Source: Candidatus Omnitrophota bacterium
GTDB taxonomy: Bacteria > Ratteibacteria > UBA8468 > MWAK01
Assembly: GCA_043797665.1 (NCBI GenBank)
Contig: JAZDPL010000047.1
Span: 1 to 47,069, forward strand
Length of the DNA: 47,069 nucleotides
Direction of reading: 5' to 3'
A model generated the notes under the pieces. That model had not been told where the DNA came from. It was given only the letters and a program-made list of their open reading frames with translations, and did no database searches. Shown one piece after another: positions 9,374 through 18,887 of the stretch (position 1 is the stretch's first letter; every line of letters begins with the position of its first letter). A program made the position numbers and the translations under genes.

Positions 9374-9826
9374 TTATTTTCTTTCGTATCTAATGCCGGA
9401 TTCGGCTAACATCTTCCGGGCAAATTCGTCCGGATATTCATGGTGCGTTACGATGCGGGCAATTTTACAGTTGATGAGCATCTTAACGCAGGTGATGCAG
9501 GGCTGACAGGTAACGTACATCGTACTTCCCGCGATGGGGACACCGTAAAGAGCCGCCTGGATGACGGCATTCTGTTCCGCATGTAGACCCCGGCACAACT
9601 CCTGACGTTCCCCGGAAGGGATTTTCATCTTTTCCCGGAGACAGCCTGAGTCTAGACAATGCTTTAGATTGCAGGGAGCGCCGTTGTATCCGGTGGTCAA
9701 TATCCGTTTATCGCCGACCAGTACCGCTCCGACCCGGCGCCGGCGGCAGGTGGACCGGGTAGCCACCAGAGAAGCGATTTCCAGAAAATAGCTGTCCCAA
9801 TCCGGCCGTTTCTTTTTCTCCATCAT
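9374..9826 (-). CDS. dCMP/cytidine deaminase family (ComEB-like)
   Basis: [27 protein letters not shown]. Confidence 0.93.
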   Translation of the reverse strand: MMEKKKRPDWDSYFLEIASLVATRSTCRRRRVGAVLVGDKRILTTGYNGAPCNLKHCLDSGCLREKMKIPSGERQELCRGLHAEQNAVIQAALYGVPIAGSTMYVTCQPCITCVKMLINCKIARIVTHHEYPDEFARKMLAESGIRYERK

Positions 9827-9844
9827 CTTAGGGTTGTCCCTTTA
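9824..9844 (-). repeat. GGG(A)CAACCC mini-hairpin before start codon
   Basis: Minus strand TAAAGGGACAACCCTAAGATG. Confidence 0.65.
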
Positions 9845-9876
9845 TCTTAACCCAATTTGCATTTTTTCGTCAACCA

Positions 9877-9906
9877 TTGACAAAAATATTGTTTGCAGGG
9901 CATAAT
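9877..9906 (+). promoter_or_regulatory. Putative sigma70 promoter for PqqD-like operon
   Basis: TTGACA-N18-CATAAT. Confidence 0.6.
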
Positions 9907-9932
9907 ATAGGGGTTGCCGGATAAAGAACCTA

Positions 9933-10319
9933 ATGTGGAAAAAGAGGGCCCTTTCCTGGGAGGAGGTTCTGGGTGCGCAGGTTATGGTGAACGAAGCCGC
10001 CCGCACCGAAGAACGGAAAAACGAGTTGCTCATTGTTATCCCGAGAAGGAAAACTTTCTGGATAAATGTGCTCTCTTTTTTTCTGGTGGTTCCCCGGGAA
10101 AAGAAAATGGTCCTTGATGAATTGGGTGCCGAAGTTTACCGTTCCTGTCAGAAGGGTCTGGCTGTTTCTGAAATCATTCAGGGTTTTGAAAAACAGCATA
10201 ACCTTTCCCAGGATTACAGCCGGCAGAGTGTTTTATTGTATCTGAAGAACCTTGCCCAGCGGGGTATCATCGGTTTTGTGGTTAAGGGGGTTGCTCCCGA
10301 AGGACGCAAAGATGGCTAA
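9933..10319 (+). CDS. PqqD/RRE-like protein
   Basis: LDELGAEVYRSC...VSEII..F.......Q..V.LYL..L...GII pattern typical of the PqqD-family winged helix. Confidence 0.7.
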   Translation: MWKKRALSWEEVLGAQVMVNEAARTEERKNELLIVIPRRKTFWINVLSFFLVVPREKKMVLDELGAEVYRSCQKGLAVSEIIQGFEKQHNLSQDYSRQSVLLYLKNLAQRGIIGFVVKGVAPEGRKDG

Positions 10320-10947
10320 CCAGGTCAGCAAGCAGGTGGTTCTTCCCAAAAAAGAGGCGTTCAAGATGAGCGTGCGCAATATCCGGATTCGTTTTGGAAG
10401 GGCAATTATCGTTTCCTCAAGTGTTTTCCTCGGCGTGGCATTTTTGAGTTCCATCTTTACCGGCAACCTTATTAATAATGTGTTGATTAAAAATGGTCCG
10501 GAGGTGATTCGGATGAATCTGTTAGCCACCGCTTCCGATTCCCTTGCCCGCAGTATCTGGCTGGTAAGTCTTTCCCTGCTGGTATGTATCGTCGGTATTA
10601 CCAACGCTATGTTAATGTCGGTAAACGAGCGAAGCCGGGAAATCGGCACGATGAAATGTTTGGGTGCTCTCAACCGGTTCATTATGGAAATCTTTTTGAT
10701 TGAATCGGCGCTCCAGGGCCTCATCGGTTCCATCGCCGGCAGTTTGATCGGTGCGTTATCCATCATCTTTACGTATTTTTTCAAATACGGAGGGTTAATC
10801 TTTTCTTATATCCCTTATTTGTCATTGTTTAAATTCCTATTTGCCTCGGTTCTTTTAGGAACCGCTATCGCCATTATCGGTGCTATTTACCCGACCTATC
10901 TTTCCGCCCGGTTAGAACCGGCGGAAGCGATCAGAAGAGAGGTATAA
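10312..10947 (+). CDS. FtsX/MacB-like ABC permease with minimal periplasmic domain
   Basis: GITNAMLMSVNERSREIGTMKCLGA, FLIES, PAEAIR; ATG 10312 overlaps the upstream stop. Confidence 0.88.
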   Translation: MANQVSKQVVLPKKEAFKMSVRNIRIRFGRAIIVSSSVFLGVAFLSSIFTGNLINNVLIKNGPEVIRMNLLATASDSLARSIWLVSLSLLVCIVGITNAMLMSVNERSREIGTMKCLGALNRFIMEIFLIESALQGLIGSIAGSLIGALSIIFTYFFKYGGLIFSYIPYLSLFKFLFASVLLGTAIAIIGAIYPTYLSARLEPAEAIRREV

Positions 10948-10969
10948 ATAGCGGATTATAGGGGGAAGT

Positions 10970-11710
10970 ATGCCAAAAGAAGTAGTGGTACGAACGATTG
11001 GCGTTGAAAAAAACTATATGCTGGGCCGTGTCGAACTTAAGGTTCTCAGGGGTGTTGACCTGGAAGTGAACCGGGGAGAGTACATCTCTATTATGGGCCC
11101 TTCCGGTTCCGGTAAGACCACTTTTTTCAATATGATCGGCGGTCTTGATAAACCCAGTAGCGGCCGGGTTTACATTGACGAAGTGGATATTGCCCAGTTG
11201 GATGCCTACGAACTTGCCTGGCTGCGCTGTCGGAAGATAGGCTATATTTTTCAGACCTTTAATCTCATTCCGGTGATGACCGCCCTGGAAAACGTAACCC
11301 TTCCGATGGTCTTTGCCGGTACCGGACATGATGAATCGGTGGAAAAAGGAATTAAACTTCTGGAGAAGGTGGGTCTGGGTGACCGTATTCAGCATAAACC
11401 GTTTGAACTTTCCGGCGGGCAGCAACAGCGGGTAGCGATTGCCCGCGCTTTTGCCAATGACCCGGCCATCATCCTGGCTGACGAACCTACCGGGAACCTT
11501 GACCTGAAAACCGGCAAGGATATTATCCGGTTGCTGAAAGAGATGAATTCCAATCAGGGTGTTTCGGTGGTTACCGCAACCCACGACTTGAAGATGCTGG
11601 ACGTTTCCGACCGGGTGGTCTGGATTCGGGACGGTCAGATTGAGCGGATTGAGGAGCGTGCCAATCTGGACATTAAATTGGGTGCGGTAGAAGGTGAAGA
11701 ATCCGGTTAA
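10970..11710 (+). CDS. ABC transporter ATP-binding protein (LolD/MacB-like)
   Basis: [26 protein letters not shown]. Confidence 0.95.
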   Translation: MPKEVVVRTIGVEKNYMLGRVELKVLRGVDLEVNRGEYISIMGPSGSGKTTFFNMIGGLDKPSSGRVYIDEVDIAQLDAYELAWLRCRKIGYIFQTFNLIPVMTALENVTLPMVFAGTGHDESVEKGIKLLEKVGLGDRIQHKPFELSGGQQQRVAIARAFANDPAIILADEPTGNLDLKTGKDIIRLLKEMNSNQGVSVVTATHDLKMLDVSDRVVWIRDGQIERIEERANLDIKLGAVEGEESG

Positions 11711-11715
11711 TAATC

Positions 11716-11730
11716 AAGGGGCAACCCCTA
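11716..11730 (+). repeat. GGGGCAACCCC mini-hairpin before proC start
   Basis: AAGGGGCAACCCCTA. Confidence 0.65.
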
Positions 11731-11737
11731 TACCTCC

Positions 11738-12526
11738 ATGCTGGGAATCATTGGTGTCGGCAGGATGGGTTCGGCCATCGTTGCCGGACTCTTACAAAAA
11801 AAGGTATTCTCACCGGAAGAAATAGTCATTTGTGACCAGGACTTCCTTCGTACCAAATCTTTAACCACCCGTTTTTCGGTTAAATCTGCCGATTTATCAG
11901 AACTGGTTGCCCTCTCTGACGCAGTCGTTCTGGCGGTTAAGCCCCAGGACATAGAGTCCGTTGTTACTCCAATAAAAGGTCATTTCCCGGACAAACTTCT
12001 CATTTCTATTCTCGCGGGAGTTTCCACCTCATATTTTGAAGATAAATTAGGAGAGGTTCCGGTAGTACGGGTAATGCCCAATTTAGGTATTAAGGTCGGT
12101 GCGGGAATGAGTTTCTATGCCCCGGGCCGTTTTGCCCGGCCCAGCGACAGGGAATTAGTGTCAGGTATCTTTGGGAGTTTAGGAGAAATAGCGGAGATAC
12201 AGGAAGATAAGATGGATATAATTACCGGTCTTTCCGGAAGTGGTCCCGCCTATTTCTTTCTTCTCATGGAGATTCTGGCCGGATATGCCCAAAAATCCGG
12301 AATTTCTGAGGAACTTTCCGTAAAATTGGCGAAACAAACCGCAAGAGCCGCCGCTTTTCTGGTGGAAGAAGAATCTCCGTCTTCTTTACGTGCTGCGGTC
12401 ACTTCAAAAGGAGGAACTACCGAAGCGGCGATAAAGATCCTGGAAGAAAAACAGGTAAGGGAAATTTTTACCCAGGCGTTTGACTCCGCCCTGAAGAGAG
12501 CCCGCGAACTCTCCGCAGTAAAGTAA
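11738..12526 (+). CDS. proC: Pyrroline-5-carboxylate reductase
   Basis: GVGRMG, LAVKPQ, RVMPN, SGSGPAY, VTSKGGTT. Confidence 0.96.
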   Translation: MLGIIGVGRMGSAIVAGLLQKKVFSPEEIVICDQDFLRTKSLTTRFSVKSADLSELVALSDAVVLAVKPQDIESVVTPIKGHFPDKLLISILAGVSTSYFEDKLGEVPVVRVMPNLGIKVGAGMSFYAPGRFARPSDRELVSGIFGSLGEIAEIQEDKMDIITGLSGSGPAYFFLLMEILAGYAQKSGISEELSVKLAKQTARAAAFLVEEESPSSLRAAVTSKGGTTEAAIKILEEKQVREIFTQAFDSALKRARELSAVK

Positions 12527-12530
12527 TCTG

Positions 12531-12589
12531 CCCTATCCCATCCCTTACCGATTCAACGGTAAGGGGACCCGTAAGGGATAGGGGACCCG
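12531..12589 (-). mobile_element. 30-bp element type A (outer), split by a second copy
   Basis: CCCTATCCCAT + inner + TAAGGGATAGGGGACCCG; matches the 40425-40454 copy. Confidence 0.8.
12542..12571 (-). mobile_element. 30-bp element type A (inner)
   Basis: Reverse complement CGGGTC-CCCTTACCG-TTGAAT-CGGTAAGGG; 28/30 identical to 4423-4452. Confidence 0.85.
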
Positions 12590-12688
12590 TATTCCGGCGG
12601 ATAGTAAGCCGGAATCCATTATCTGGTTCATTGGATTCCCGCTAAAAGCATGCGGGAATGACAAGAAATTAAATGCGTTTGTATTAGT

Positions 12689-13591
12689 ATGAGCATACTG
12701 GTGGTGGGTTCAGTTGCCCTGGATTCGGTGAAAACCCCTTTCGGTGAATCAAAAGAGGTGTTGGGCGGCTCGGCCGTCTATTTTTCCTGCGCGGCCAGTA
12801 TTTTTGCACCGGTCCGCATCCTGGGCGTCGTGGGAACTGATTTCCCACGGAAATATGTTGCCTTACTGAAGAGAAGGGGGATAGATACCGCAGGACTCCA
12901 GGTGCGTGAAGGGAAGACATTTCGCTGGTGCGGCCGTTACGGTGCGGCCCTTAAAGAAGCCAGGACCGTATCCGTCTCGCTCAACGTGATGGATGGGTTT
13001 TCGCCCCGGATTCCTTTCCGTTATCAAGACTCCAAGTATATTTTTCTGGCAAACATAGACCCGGATACTCAGATGAAGACCCTGGAACAGGTGAAAACGC
13101 CGGTTCTGGTCGTATGTGACACGATGAATCTGTGGATAGAGACCAAACGCGCCGATTTGCTGAATTTGCTGAAAAGGGTGGATATCCTTTTGCTTAACGA
13201 TGAGGAGGCGAGGATGCTTACCGGAGCGAAGAATTTAGTCGACGCTTGCAATAAGATTCTTCGTCTGGGTCCCAAAGCGGTGGTGGTTAAAAAGGGGGAG
13301 CACGGAGCGATTCTGGCCACGGAGAACCGGGGGTTTTTTCTTACCCCTGCCTACCCCACCAGTAAAGTGGTGGACCCTACCGGCGCCGGAGATAGTTTTG
13401 GCGGGGGATTTCTGGGTCATCTGGCTTCTACGGAAAACGTTTCCGAATCCAATATACGCCGGGCAATGGTCTACGGTGCGGTGGTGGCATCCTTTACCGT
13501 AGAGGATTTTAGCCTGAGAAGGTTAATGAAGGTTGGCGGTCCTGCCGTTAGAGAGAGATTTGCCAGAATCAGACAAATGGTGCAATTTTAA
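12689..13591 (+). CDS. PfkB family carbohydrate/nucleoside kinase
   Basis: LGGSAVYF, NDEEA, KKGEHG, DPTGAGDSFGGG. Confidence 0.93.
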   Translation: MSILVVGSVALDSVKTPFGESKEVLGGSAVYFSCAASIFAPVRILGVVGTDFPRKYVALLKRRGIDTAGLQVREGKTFRWCGRYGAALKEARTVSVSLNVMDGFSPRIPFRYQDSKYIFLANIDPDTQMKTLEQVKTPVLVVCDTMNLWIETKRADLLNLLKRVDILLLNDEEARMLTGAKNLVDACNKILRLGPKAVVVKKGEHGAILATENRGFFLTPAYPTSKVVDPTGAGDSFGGGFLGHLASTENVSESNIRRAMVYGAVVASFTVEDFSLRRLMKVGGPAVRERFARIRQMVQF

Positions 13592-14343
13592 TGTATTTGC
13601 GGAATTACCCGGAGCAATAATTTCTTGACATTTTCAACATTCCGGGCAAAGACGGACATGACTTCTGCAATATCCACCGGCGGTTCGTCCGTCTTCCAGC
13701 AGTCGTAATCGGTAGAGAGGGCTACGGCCGCATAGGGAATTTGAGCCTCATTTGCCAGAATCACTTCCGGTGCCACGGACATATTGATGACGTCCGCTCC
13801 CCAGAGCCGGAACATCCTGGATTCTGCCCGGGTGGAAAACCTCGGACCCTCAATAGTGACAACAGTTCCTTTTTCATGTATTCTTAAACCTAATTCTTTT
13901 CCGGTCGCGATGAGTTTGTTCCGCAATTCTTCCGAAAATGGTTCCGCCATAGGAGTGTGTTTCAGGTTTTCCATGCCCGGTTCAAAGTGTTCGAAAAAGG
14001 TGACTTTTCGGTGCCGGGTAAAGTCGATGAACTGGTCCAGGATTACGAAATCCCCCCGTTGAATCTCTTTCTTTAAAGAACCGCAGGCGATTGTGGTTAA
14101 TATGTGCGTACAACCCTGTTTTTTCAAGGCATAAATATTGGCGCGGTAGTTTACTTGAGTAGGAGGAATGGTGTGCTGTTTTCCGTGCCGGGAAAGGAAG
14201 ACGACCTCAGACTTCCCGATTGTCCCGACCGAAAGGGAAGAGGAGGGTTCGCCGTAAGGAGTTTGTAGGGTGATTTCCCTGATATCTTTCAATATCCGGG
14301 GGTCTTCCAGGCCGGAGCCTCCGATAATTCCGATTTTTACCAT
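13588..14343 (-). CDS. mtnP: S-methyl-5'-thioadenosine phosphorylase
   Basis: GIIGGSGL, TPYGEPS, RHG, EGPRFSTRAES, INMS, TDYDCW. Confidence 0.95.
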   Translation of the reverse strand: MVKIGIIGGSGLEDPRILKDIREITLQTPYGEPSSSLSVGTIGKSEVVFLSRHGKQHTIPPTQVNYRANIYALKKQGCTHILTTIACGSLKKEIQRGDFVILDQFIDFTRHRKVTFFEHFEPGMENLKHTPMAEPFSEELRNKLIATGKELGLRIHEKGTVVTIEGPRFSTRAESRMFRLWGADVINMSVAPEVILANEAQIPYAAVALSTDYDCWKTDEPPVDIAEVMSVFARNVENVKKLLLRVIPQIH

Positions 14344-15122
14344 TATTTACTCCTTTTGGCACGTTTGTTCTTACTGAGGAAGATTCCCTTCAGGGACAGG
14401 TGAGGGTCAAAGATGAACGCGGGAGAAAGATGGGGTAACAATAAAGGAAAACCGCCACCAGTACCCACCACCGTGAATTTTGGTTCCCATTCTTTTTCCA
14501 GCCGGCGAAGAAGGCCGGTGATTAAATCGGCAAAGCCCAGGATCAGTCCGGCCCTTAGGCATTCCACGGTATTTTTTCCCACCACAGACTTTGGGGTTTT
14601 CAGTTCAATCCTGGGTAGTAGTGCGGTTCGGTCTGCCAGGGAATCCCGGGCCAATTCCGGTGACAGGGTGATGATACCGCCGGCATAGTTTCCCTCACGG
14701 GTGACCAGGTCGAAAGTGAGTGCGGTTCCGCAATCGACCACTACCACCGGCTTGCGATAAAGTGAACCGGCCGCCAGAGTATTGAGTAATCGGTCGATGC
14801 CCACTTCCTGCGGTTTGGTAACCGTCACCTTAAGGGGAAGGTTTTCCCGTTTCAGGATTTTTACCGGCAGGTCCAAGAGGCGGCTCAGGTGACGCTGTAC
14901 TTTTTTCGTCAGGTCAGGGACCACCGAGGCTAACCGGACTTCGGTAATTTCTTCCGGCCAGAAATCTTTTTTAGACGGGCCTGCCCCTGCATGCAGTAGG
15001 CAGGGGTTCAGGAAAAGAGAAGAGTGGTGATGTTTGATATGGGTTTCCCAGCGTACTTCTCCTGTCTCCGAGAGTAAACCCGCTTTTAAAGAGGTATTTC
15101 CCAGGTCAAGCGCCAGTAACAT
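14343..15122 (-). CDS. coaX: Type III pantothenate kinase
   Basis: LDLGNT, SVVP, GIDR, VDCGTALTFD, TGG. Confidence 0.93.
   Translation of the reverse strand: MLLALDLGNTSLKAGLLSETGEVRWETHIKHHHSSLFLNPCLLHAGAGPSKKDFWPEEITEVRLASVVPDLTKKVQRHLSRLLDLPVKILKRENLPLKVTVTKPQEVGIDRLLNTLAAGSLYRKPVVVVDCGTALTFDLVTREGNYAGGIITLSPELARDSLADRTALLPRIELKTPKSVVGKNTVECLRAGLILGFADLITGLLRRLEKEWEPKFTVVGTGGGFPLLLPHLSPAFIFDPHLSLKGIFLSKNKRAKRSK
14976..15005 (+). mobile_element. 30-bp element type B, in frame in coaX
   Basis: CGGGCCTGC-CCCTGCATGCAGTAGGCAGGG; read on the minus strand as PCLLHAGAGP. Confidence 0.8.
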
Positions 15123-15129
15123 AAATTAT

Positions 15130-15164
15130 GGGGTTGCTAAACAAAAGAATTGTTTAGCAACCCC
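15130..15164. repeat. Perfect 15-bp inverted repeat between rpoD and coaX
   Basis: GGGGTTGCTAAACAA-AAGAA-TTGTTTAGCAACCCC; ends share the GCAACCCC motif. Confidence 0.8.
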
Positions 15165-15165
15165 T

Positions 15166-16323
15166 CTAGATGGAATTGCGATACCACTTCAGGAAAGAGT
15201 CCAGACGGCGGTTTAAGTGATTTGAAGCCCGCAGTTTTTCCAAAGCCTTATTTTCAATCTGGCGGATTCTTTCCCGTGTAAGATTAAAGACCTGCCCCAC
15301 CTCTTCCAGTGTTCTGGGATAGCCCACGCCGATTCCGAAGCGCAGTTTCAAAATTCTTTCTTCCCGCTCGTCCAGATGCTTAAAGACTTTTTCCAGTTCA
15401 TCCTGAAGAAGGGCGTAGGTAGCGGCACTGGCCGGGGTTTCGGTTTCCCGGTCCTCGATGAAATCTCCGAAGGTGGTCTTTTCATCGTCACCCACCGGCG
15501 TCTCAAGCGAGATGGGTTCCCTCTGCATGCTTTTGATTATCATCCGTACCTTGTCCGGAGGAATTTGCAGTTTTTTGGCAAGTTCTTCCGCGGTTGGTTC
15601 CCGACCCAATTCGTGCATTAAGGACCGGGAGGTTTTATTTACTTTGTTGCTCTTTTCTCTCATATGAACCGGAATCCGGATGGTCGAAGAACAATCCGCA
15701 ATCGCCCGGGTGATGGCCTGGCGAATCCACCAGGTGGCGTAAGTGGAAAACTTGTATCCTTCCCGGAAACGGAATTTTTCCACCGCTTTCATTAAACCGA
15801 TATTCCCTTCCTGGATCAAATCGCGTAAGGTAAGTTTGGGGTTGGAATATTTTTTGGCAATGTTGATAACCAGACGGAGATTTGCCTGAATCAATTGCGC
15901 CTTCAGTTCGTCCAGTTTCTTCTCCACGGTGGCTATTTTTCTGGAATTATGTTTCGGACTGTCTCTGGTGTCCTGAAATTTCTTTTTCACCTCTTCAATC
16001 CCTCTGGCGATAGTCACTTCCTGCTCGTGAGTCAGGAGAGACGTTTCACCGGCCTCTTTTAAATAGGACCTCAGGGGATTGCGCACTTCCTCCAGGGCTT
16101 GCCGTTCTTCCTCCATTTCCTCTTCGTGAAGAAGAAGAACATCCGCTTCTTCTTCCTCCACCGAAATGTGCAATTCCTCAAGTTGGGTAAAGATGCCCTC
16201 GATCTCTTCGGTGGCGTAAACGTCGTCCGGCAAAACCTCGTTTATCTCTTCGTAAGAGAGGTGTTTCTGCCGTTTCCCTTTTTCAATCAGTCCTTCAATC
16301 TTTTTCTTTGTGTCCTTACCCAT
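15166..16323 (-). CDS. rpoD: Primary RNA polymerase sigma factor
   Basis: Region 1.1, [45 protein letters not shown]; follows dnaG. Confidence 0.95.
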   Translation of the reverse strand: MGKDTKKKIEGLIEKGKRQKHLSYEEINEVLPDDVYATEEIEGIFTQLEELHISVEEEEADVLLLHEEEMEEERQALEEVRNPLRSYLKEAGETSLLTHEQEVTIARGIEEVKKKFQDTRDSPKHNSRKIATVEKKLDELKAQLIQANLRLVINIAKKYSNPKLTLRDLIQEGNIGLMKAVEKFRFREGYKFSTYATWWIRQAITRAIADCSSTIRIPVHMREKSNKVNKTSRSLMHELGREPTAEELAKKLQIPPDKVRMIIKSMQREPISLETPVGDDEKTTFGDFIEDRETETPASAATYALLQDELEKVFKHLDEREERILKLRFGIGVGYPRTLEEVGQVFNLTRERIRQIENKALEKLRASNHLNRRLDSFLKWYRNSI

Positions 16324-18072
16324 TTAGTCTGTTCCTCCATTAGGTTCCCTTAGGTGCCGTTTTGCGATTAGTTCCTGGAAATTACGGATTGCGTTCATAT
16401 CCACCTCGTCGCTCGATTTAATCCTTTGACGGAAAAGAGGTTTCACCTCCCGGTCTTCCCTGTATCGGGTAATAAGCCGGTGCAGGGTATCAAAGAAGAC
16501 CTTTTCCGCTTCTTTATCATCATACTGTTCCACCTGAATTATTGATTGTGAAAGCGTCTCCATCGTTTTCGGGTTTTCCTCCAGTTTTTCCCACACCTTC
16601 TCTTCTTCGTCACCCTGCTTATGGTGAACCAGGGACTGGAAAATGATTTTGTGGTTTGGTTCTTCAAATCCGTCTTCCGATAATCCATCCTGGAGTGCTT
16701 TACGTAAAAAAGGTCTGGTCAGCGCCAGGGCTAAAAGTAACTGTTCCGCTTTCACAATTCCCTGAACCGGTTGGGCAATATCCATTCCTTCTCCGGGTTT
16801 TTCTTTGAGTTTTTCTTTTTTGGGGAGTTTTTGAAATTCCGAGCGCAGAGCCTCTTCGTTTAATTGCAGGGTTTCCGCCAGGGTGGATAAGTATTCCGAA
16901 CGCTTCAGGGGGCTTGCGATTGAAAGTAAGAGGGGCAAAGTTTTTCTGGCCGCCGCAATCCGGTCCGCACCCCGTTCCGGGATTTGGTCTCCCGCAGACA
17001 TTCGAAGGTAAAATAGAACGGGACTTTCTCTCTTTTTCAACAATTCGGTCAGACTGGCTGCGCCATATCGGTCAAGGAAAGAATCCGGGTCATTACCTTC
17101 CGGCAGTAAAACCACTTCCACCTGAAGGTCCTGGGTTAAGAGGACCTCCATATTCCTGAAAGCGGCATTTTTTCCTGCGGTGTCGCCGTCATAGAGCAGA
17201 ACGACCCGTTCGGTAAAACGGCGAAAGAGCCGGGCCTGATTGGGGGTGAGAGCCGTTCCCAGAGTGGCAGCGGCGTTGGTGAACCCGGCCTGGAAAGTTT
17301 TAATCATGTCCAGATATCCTTCAACCAGAATGACTTCACCTTTGTCCTGGATTGCCCGACGGCTCAAATGTAATCCGTAGAGGGTGCTCCCCTTGCTGAA
17401 AGCAGGGGTTTCCGCGGTATTAAGGTATTTCGGTTCTGCTCCGTTGATGCTTCGTCCTCCAAAGCCGACGCATTCTCCGGAAAGATTGAAAATGGGAAAA
17501 GTAATGCGCTGATAAAATTTCAGGCCGGCTTTTTCCATTTCATCCCTGGTGAAACCTTCTTCCTGTAAAAACTTTTCCGTCTGGAGAGAGGAGGGTGCAA
17601 AACCTAACAAAAATTGGTCAATCGTTTCCGGTTGAAGTCCTCGTTCTTTTAAGTATGTCCTGGCTGTTTCTGTCTCCGGTCCTTTTTTAAGATAACGGTG
17701 AAAGAAAGAGGCGGTCTGATAATTTAACTGGAGAAGCCTGGTTCGGAACTGGTTTTCGGGGTGGTCTTCCCGGGAAAATTCCAATTGGATGCCCGTTTTT
17801 TTTGCCAGGGAGGCGACCGCTTCGGAAAAAGTAAGACTCTCCATCCGCATCAAAAAGGTTATGACGTCTCCTCCGGTTCCACAGCCGAAACAGTGGAAGA
17901 TGCCTTTTTCCGGAGTCACGATGAAAGAAGGTGTCTTCTCGCTGTGAAAAGGGCAGAGGGCTTTGTAGTACCGCCCCGTTTTTTTTAAAGTAAGGTAACC
18001 GGAAATTATTTCAATGATATCATTCGCTTCCCTTATCCGGTCAAGTATTTCCCGGTTGATTTGATACCCCAT
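16324..18072 (-). CDS. dnaG: DNA primase
   Basis: CPFHSEKTPSF..CFGC zinc finger, PKYLNT, VEGYLD, DGD, DPD; ATG 18072 preferred to TTG 18087. Confidence 0.97.
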   Translation of the reverse strand: MGYQINREILDRIREANDIIEIISGYLTLKKTGRYYKALCPFHSEKTPSFIVTPEKGIFHCFGCGTGGDVITFLMRMESLTFSEAVASLAKKTGIQLEFSREDHPENQFRTRLLQLNYQTASFFHRYLKKGPETETARTYLKERGLQPETIDQFLLGFAPSSLQTEKFLQEEGFTRDEMEKAGLKFYQRITFPIFNLSGECVGFGGRSINGAEPKYLNTAETPAFSKGSTLYGLHLSRRAIQDKGEVILVEGYLDMIKTFQAGFTNAAATLGTALTPNQARLFRRFTERVVLLYDGDTAGKNAAFRNMEVLLTQDLQVEVVLLPEGNDPDSFLDRYGAASLTELLKKRESPVLFYLRMSAGDQIPERGADRIAAARKTLPLLLSIASPLKRSEYLSTLAETLQLNEEALRSEFQKLPKKEKLKEKPGEGMDIAQPVQGIVKAEQLLLALALTRPFLRKALQDGLSEDGFEEPNHKIIFQSLVHHKQGDEEEKVWEKLEENPKTMETLSQSIIQVEQYDDKEAEKVFFDTLHRLITRYREDREVKPLFRQRIKSSDEVDMNAIRNFQELIAKRHLREPNGGTD

Positions 18073-18099
18073 TTTATTTTGCGCCAACCCCTTATATAT

Positions 18100-18128
18100 G
18101 TTATACCGATAATATGGTAAAATGTCAA
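18100..18128 (-). promoter_or_regulatory. Putative sigma70 promoter for dnaG-rpoD
   Basis: Minus strand TTGACA-N17-TATAAC; overlaps a divergent TGGTAAAAT extended -10 at 18115-18123. Confidence 0.65.
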
Positions 18129-18132
18129 GTAT

Positions 18133-18807
18133 ATGGTAGTATCAGAAACCGATATTATCAAAGAATTCTTTGAGTGCCAGGAGGTTCCCTTATGGGGGGT
18201 GGCGGACTTATCTGACGCCGGATTTGTTTATCTCCCGGCGGATGCGGTAAAGAGGTTTCGTGTCGGAATCGTCTACGGTTTCCCTTTATCGGACGGCGTT
18301 ATCAATATCCTTTCCGAGAGTCCTGGGGTAACCCCTAACCTTCTTTATCTCCATCATTACCGCCAGGTGAACTATTTTCTGGACCGGGTTGGGCTGTTGC
18401 TTTCCATATTTTTGCAGTCAAAAGGGTATGAATCTTTGCCGGTACCGGCCAGTCAGATGGTTGACTGGGAAAAACAGGCCGGGCATCTTTCGCACAAACG
18501 TCTGGCAGTATCGGCCGGTTCAGGTTGGATTGGACGTAATAATCTTTTGGTAACGCCGGGATTCGGGAGTCGCATACGTCTGGCGACCGTTTTAACCGCC
18601 GCGTCCTTGCCGGCAGGCGTTCCCATGTCATTCGGATGCGGGGATTGCTATAAATGTCTTACCCGTTGTCCGGCCGGTGCGATTAAAGAAAAGCCTGATA
18701 GTTTTGACCACCATGCCTGTTTTGGTTTTATTAAAAAGATTTGTCGCCAGAATAATCTCAGCCAGCATATCTGCGGACTCTGTCTCTGTCCCTGGGTAAA
18801 TCAGTGA
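18133..18807 (+). CDS. Epoxyqueuosine reductase-like (QueG/RdhA-like) 4Fe-4S protein
   Basis: SHKRLA..AG.GWIGRNNL, RLATVLT, CGDCYKCLTRCPAGA, CGLC. Confidence 0.8.
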   Translation: MVVSETDIIKEFFECQEVPLWGVADLSDAGFVYLPADAVKRFRVGIVYGFPLSDGVINILSESPGVTPNLLYLHHYRQVNYFLDRVGLLLSIFLQSKGYESLPVPASQMVDWEKQAGHLSHKRLAVSAGSGWIGRNNLLVTPGFGSRIRLATVLTAASLPAGVPMSFGCGDCYKCLTRCPAGAIKEKPDSFDHHACFGFIKKICRQNNLSQHICGLCLCPWVNQ

Positions 18808-18818
18808 ATACCGTTAGT

Positions 18819-18877
18819 GTAGGGGTCGGATTCATCCGACCCGCATATCTCTCGGGCTCAATAAATTGAGCCCCTAC
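18819..18877. repeat. GTAG-tagged REP doublet
   Basis: GTAGGGGTCGGATTCATCCGACCCG...CGGGCTCAATAAATTGAGCCCCTAC. Confidence 0.9.
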
Positions 18878-18887
18878 ATTTTTCCCT

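Larger units (their letters stand above)
12529..12663. repeat. GTCATTCC-type REP doublet carrying two nested 30-bp elements
   Basis: TG[outer 12531-12589 containing inner 12542-12571]TATTCCGGCGG...GGAATCCA / TGGATTCCCGC...GCGGGAATGACA. Confidence 0.88.
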
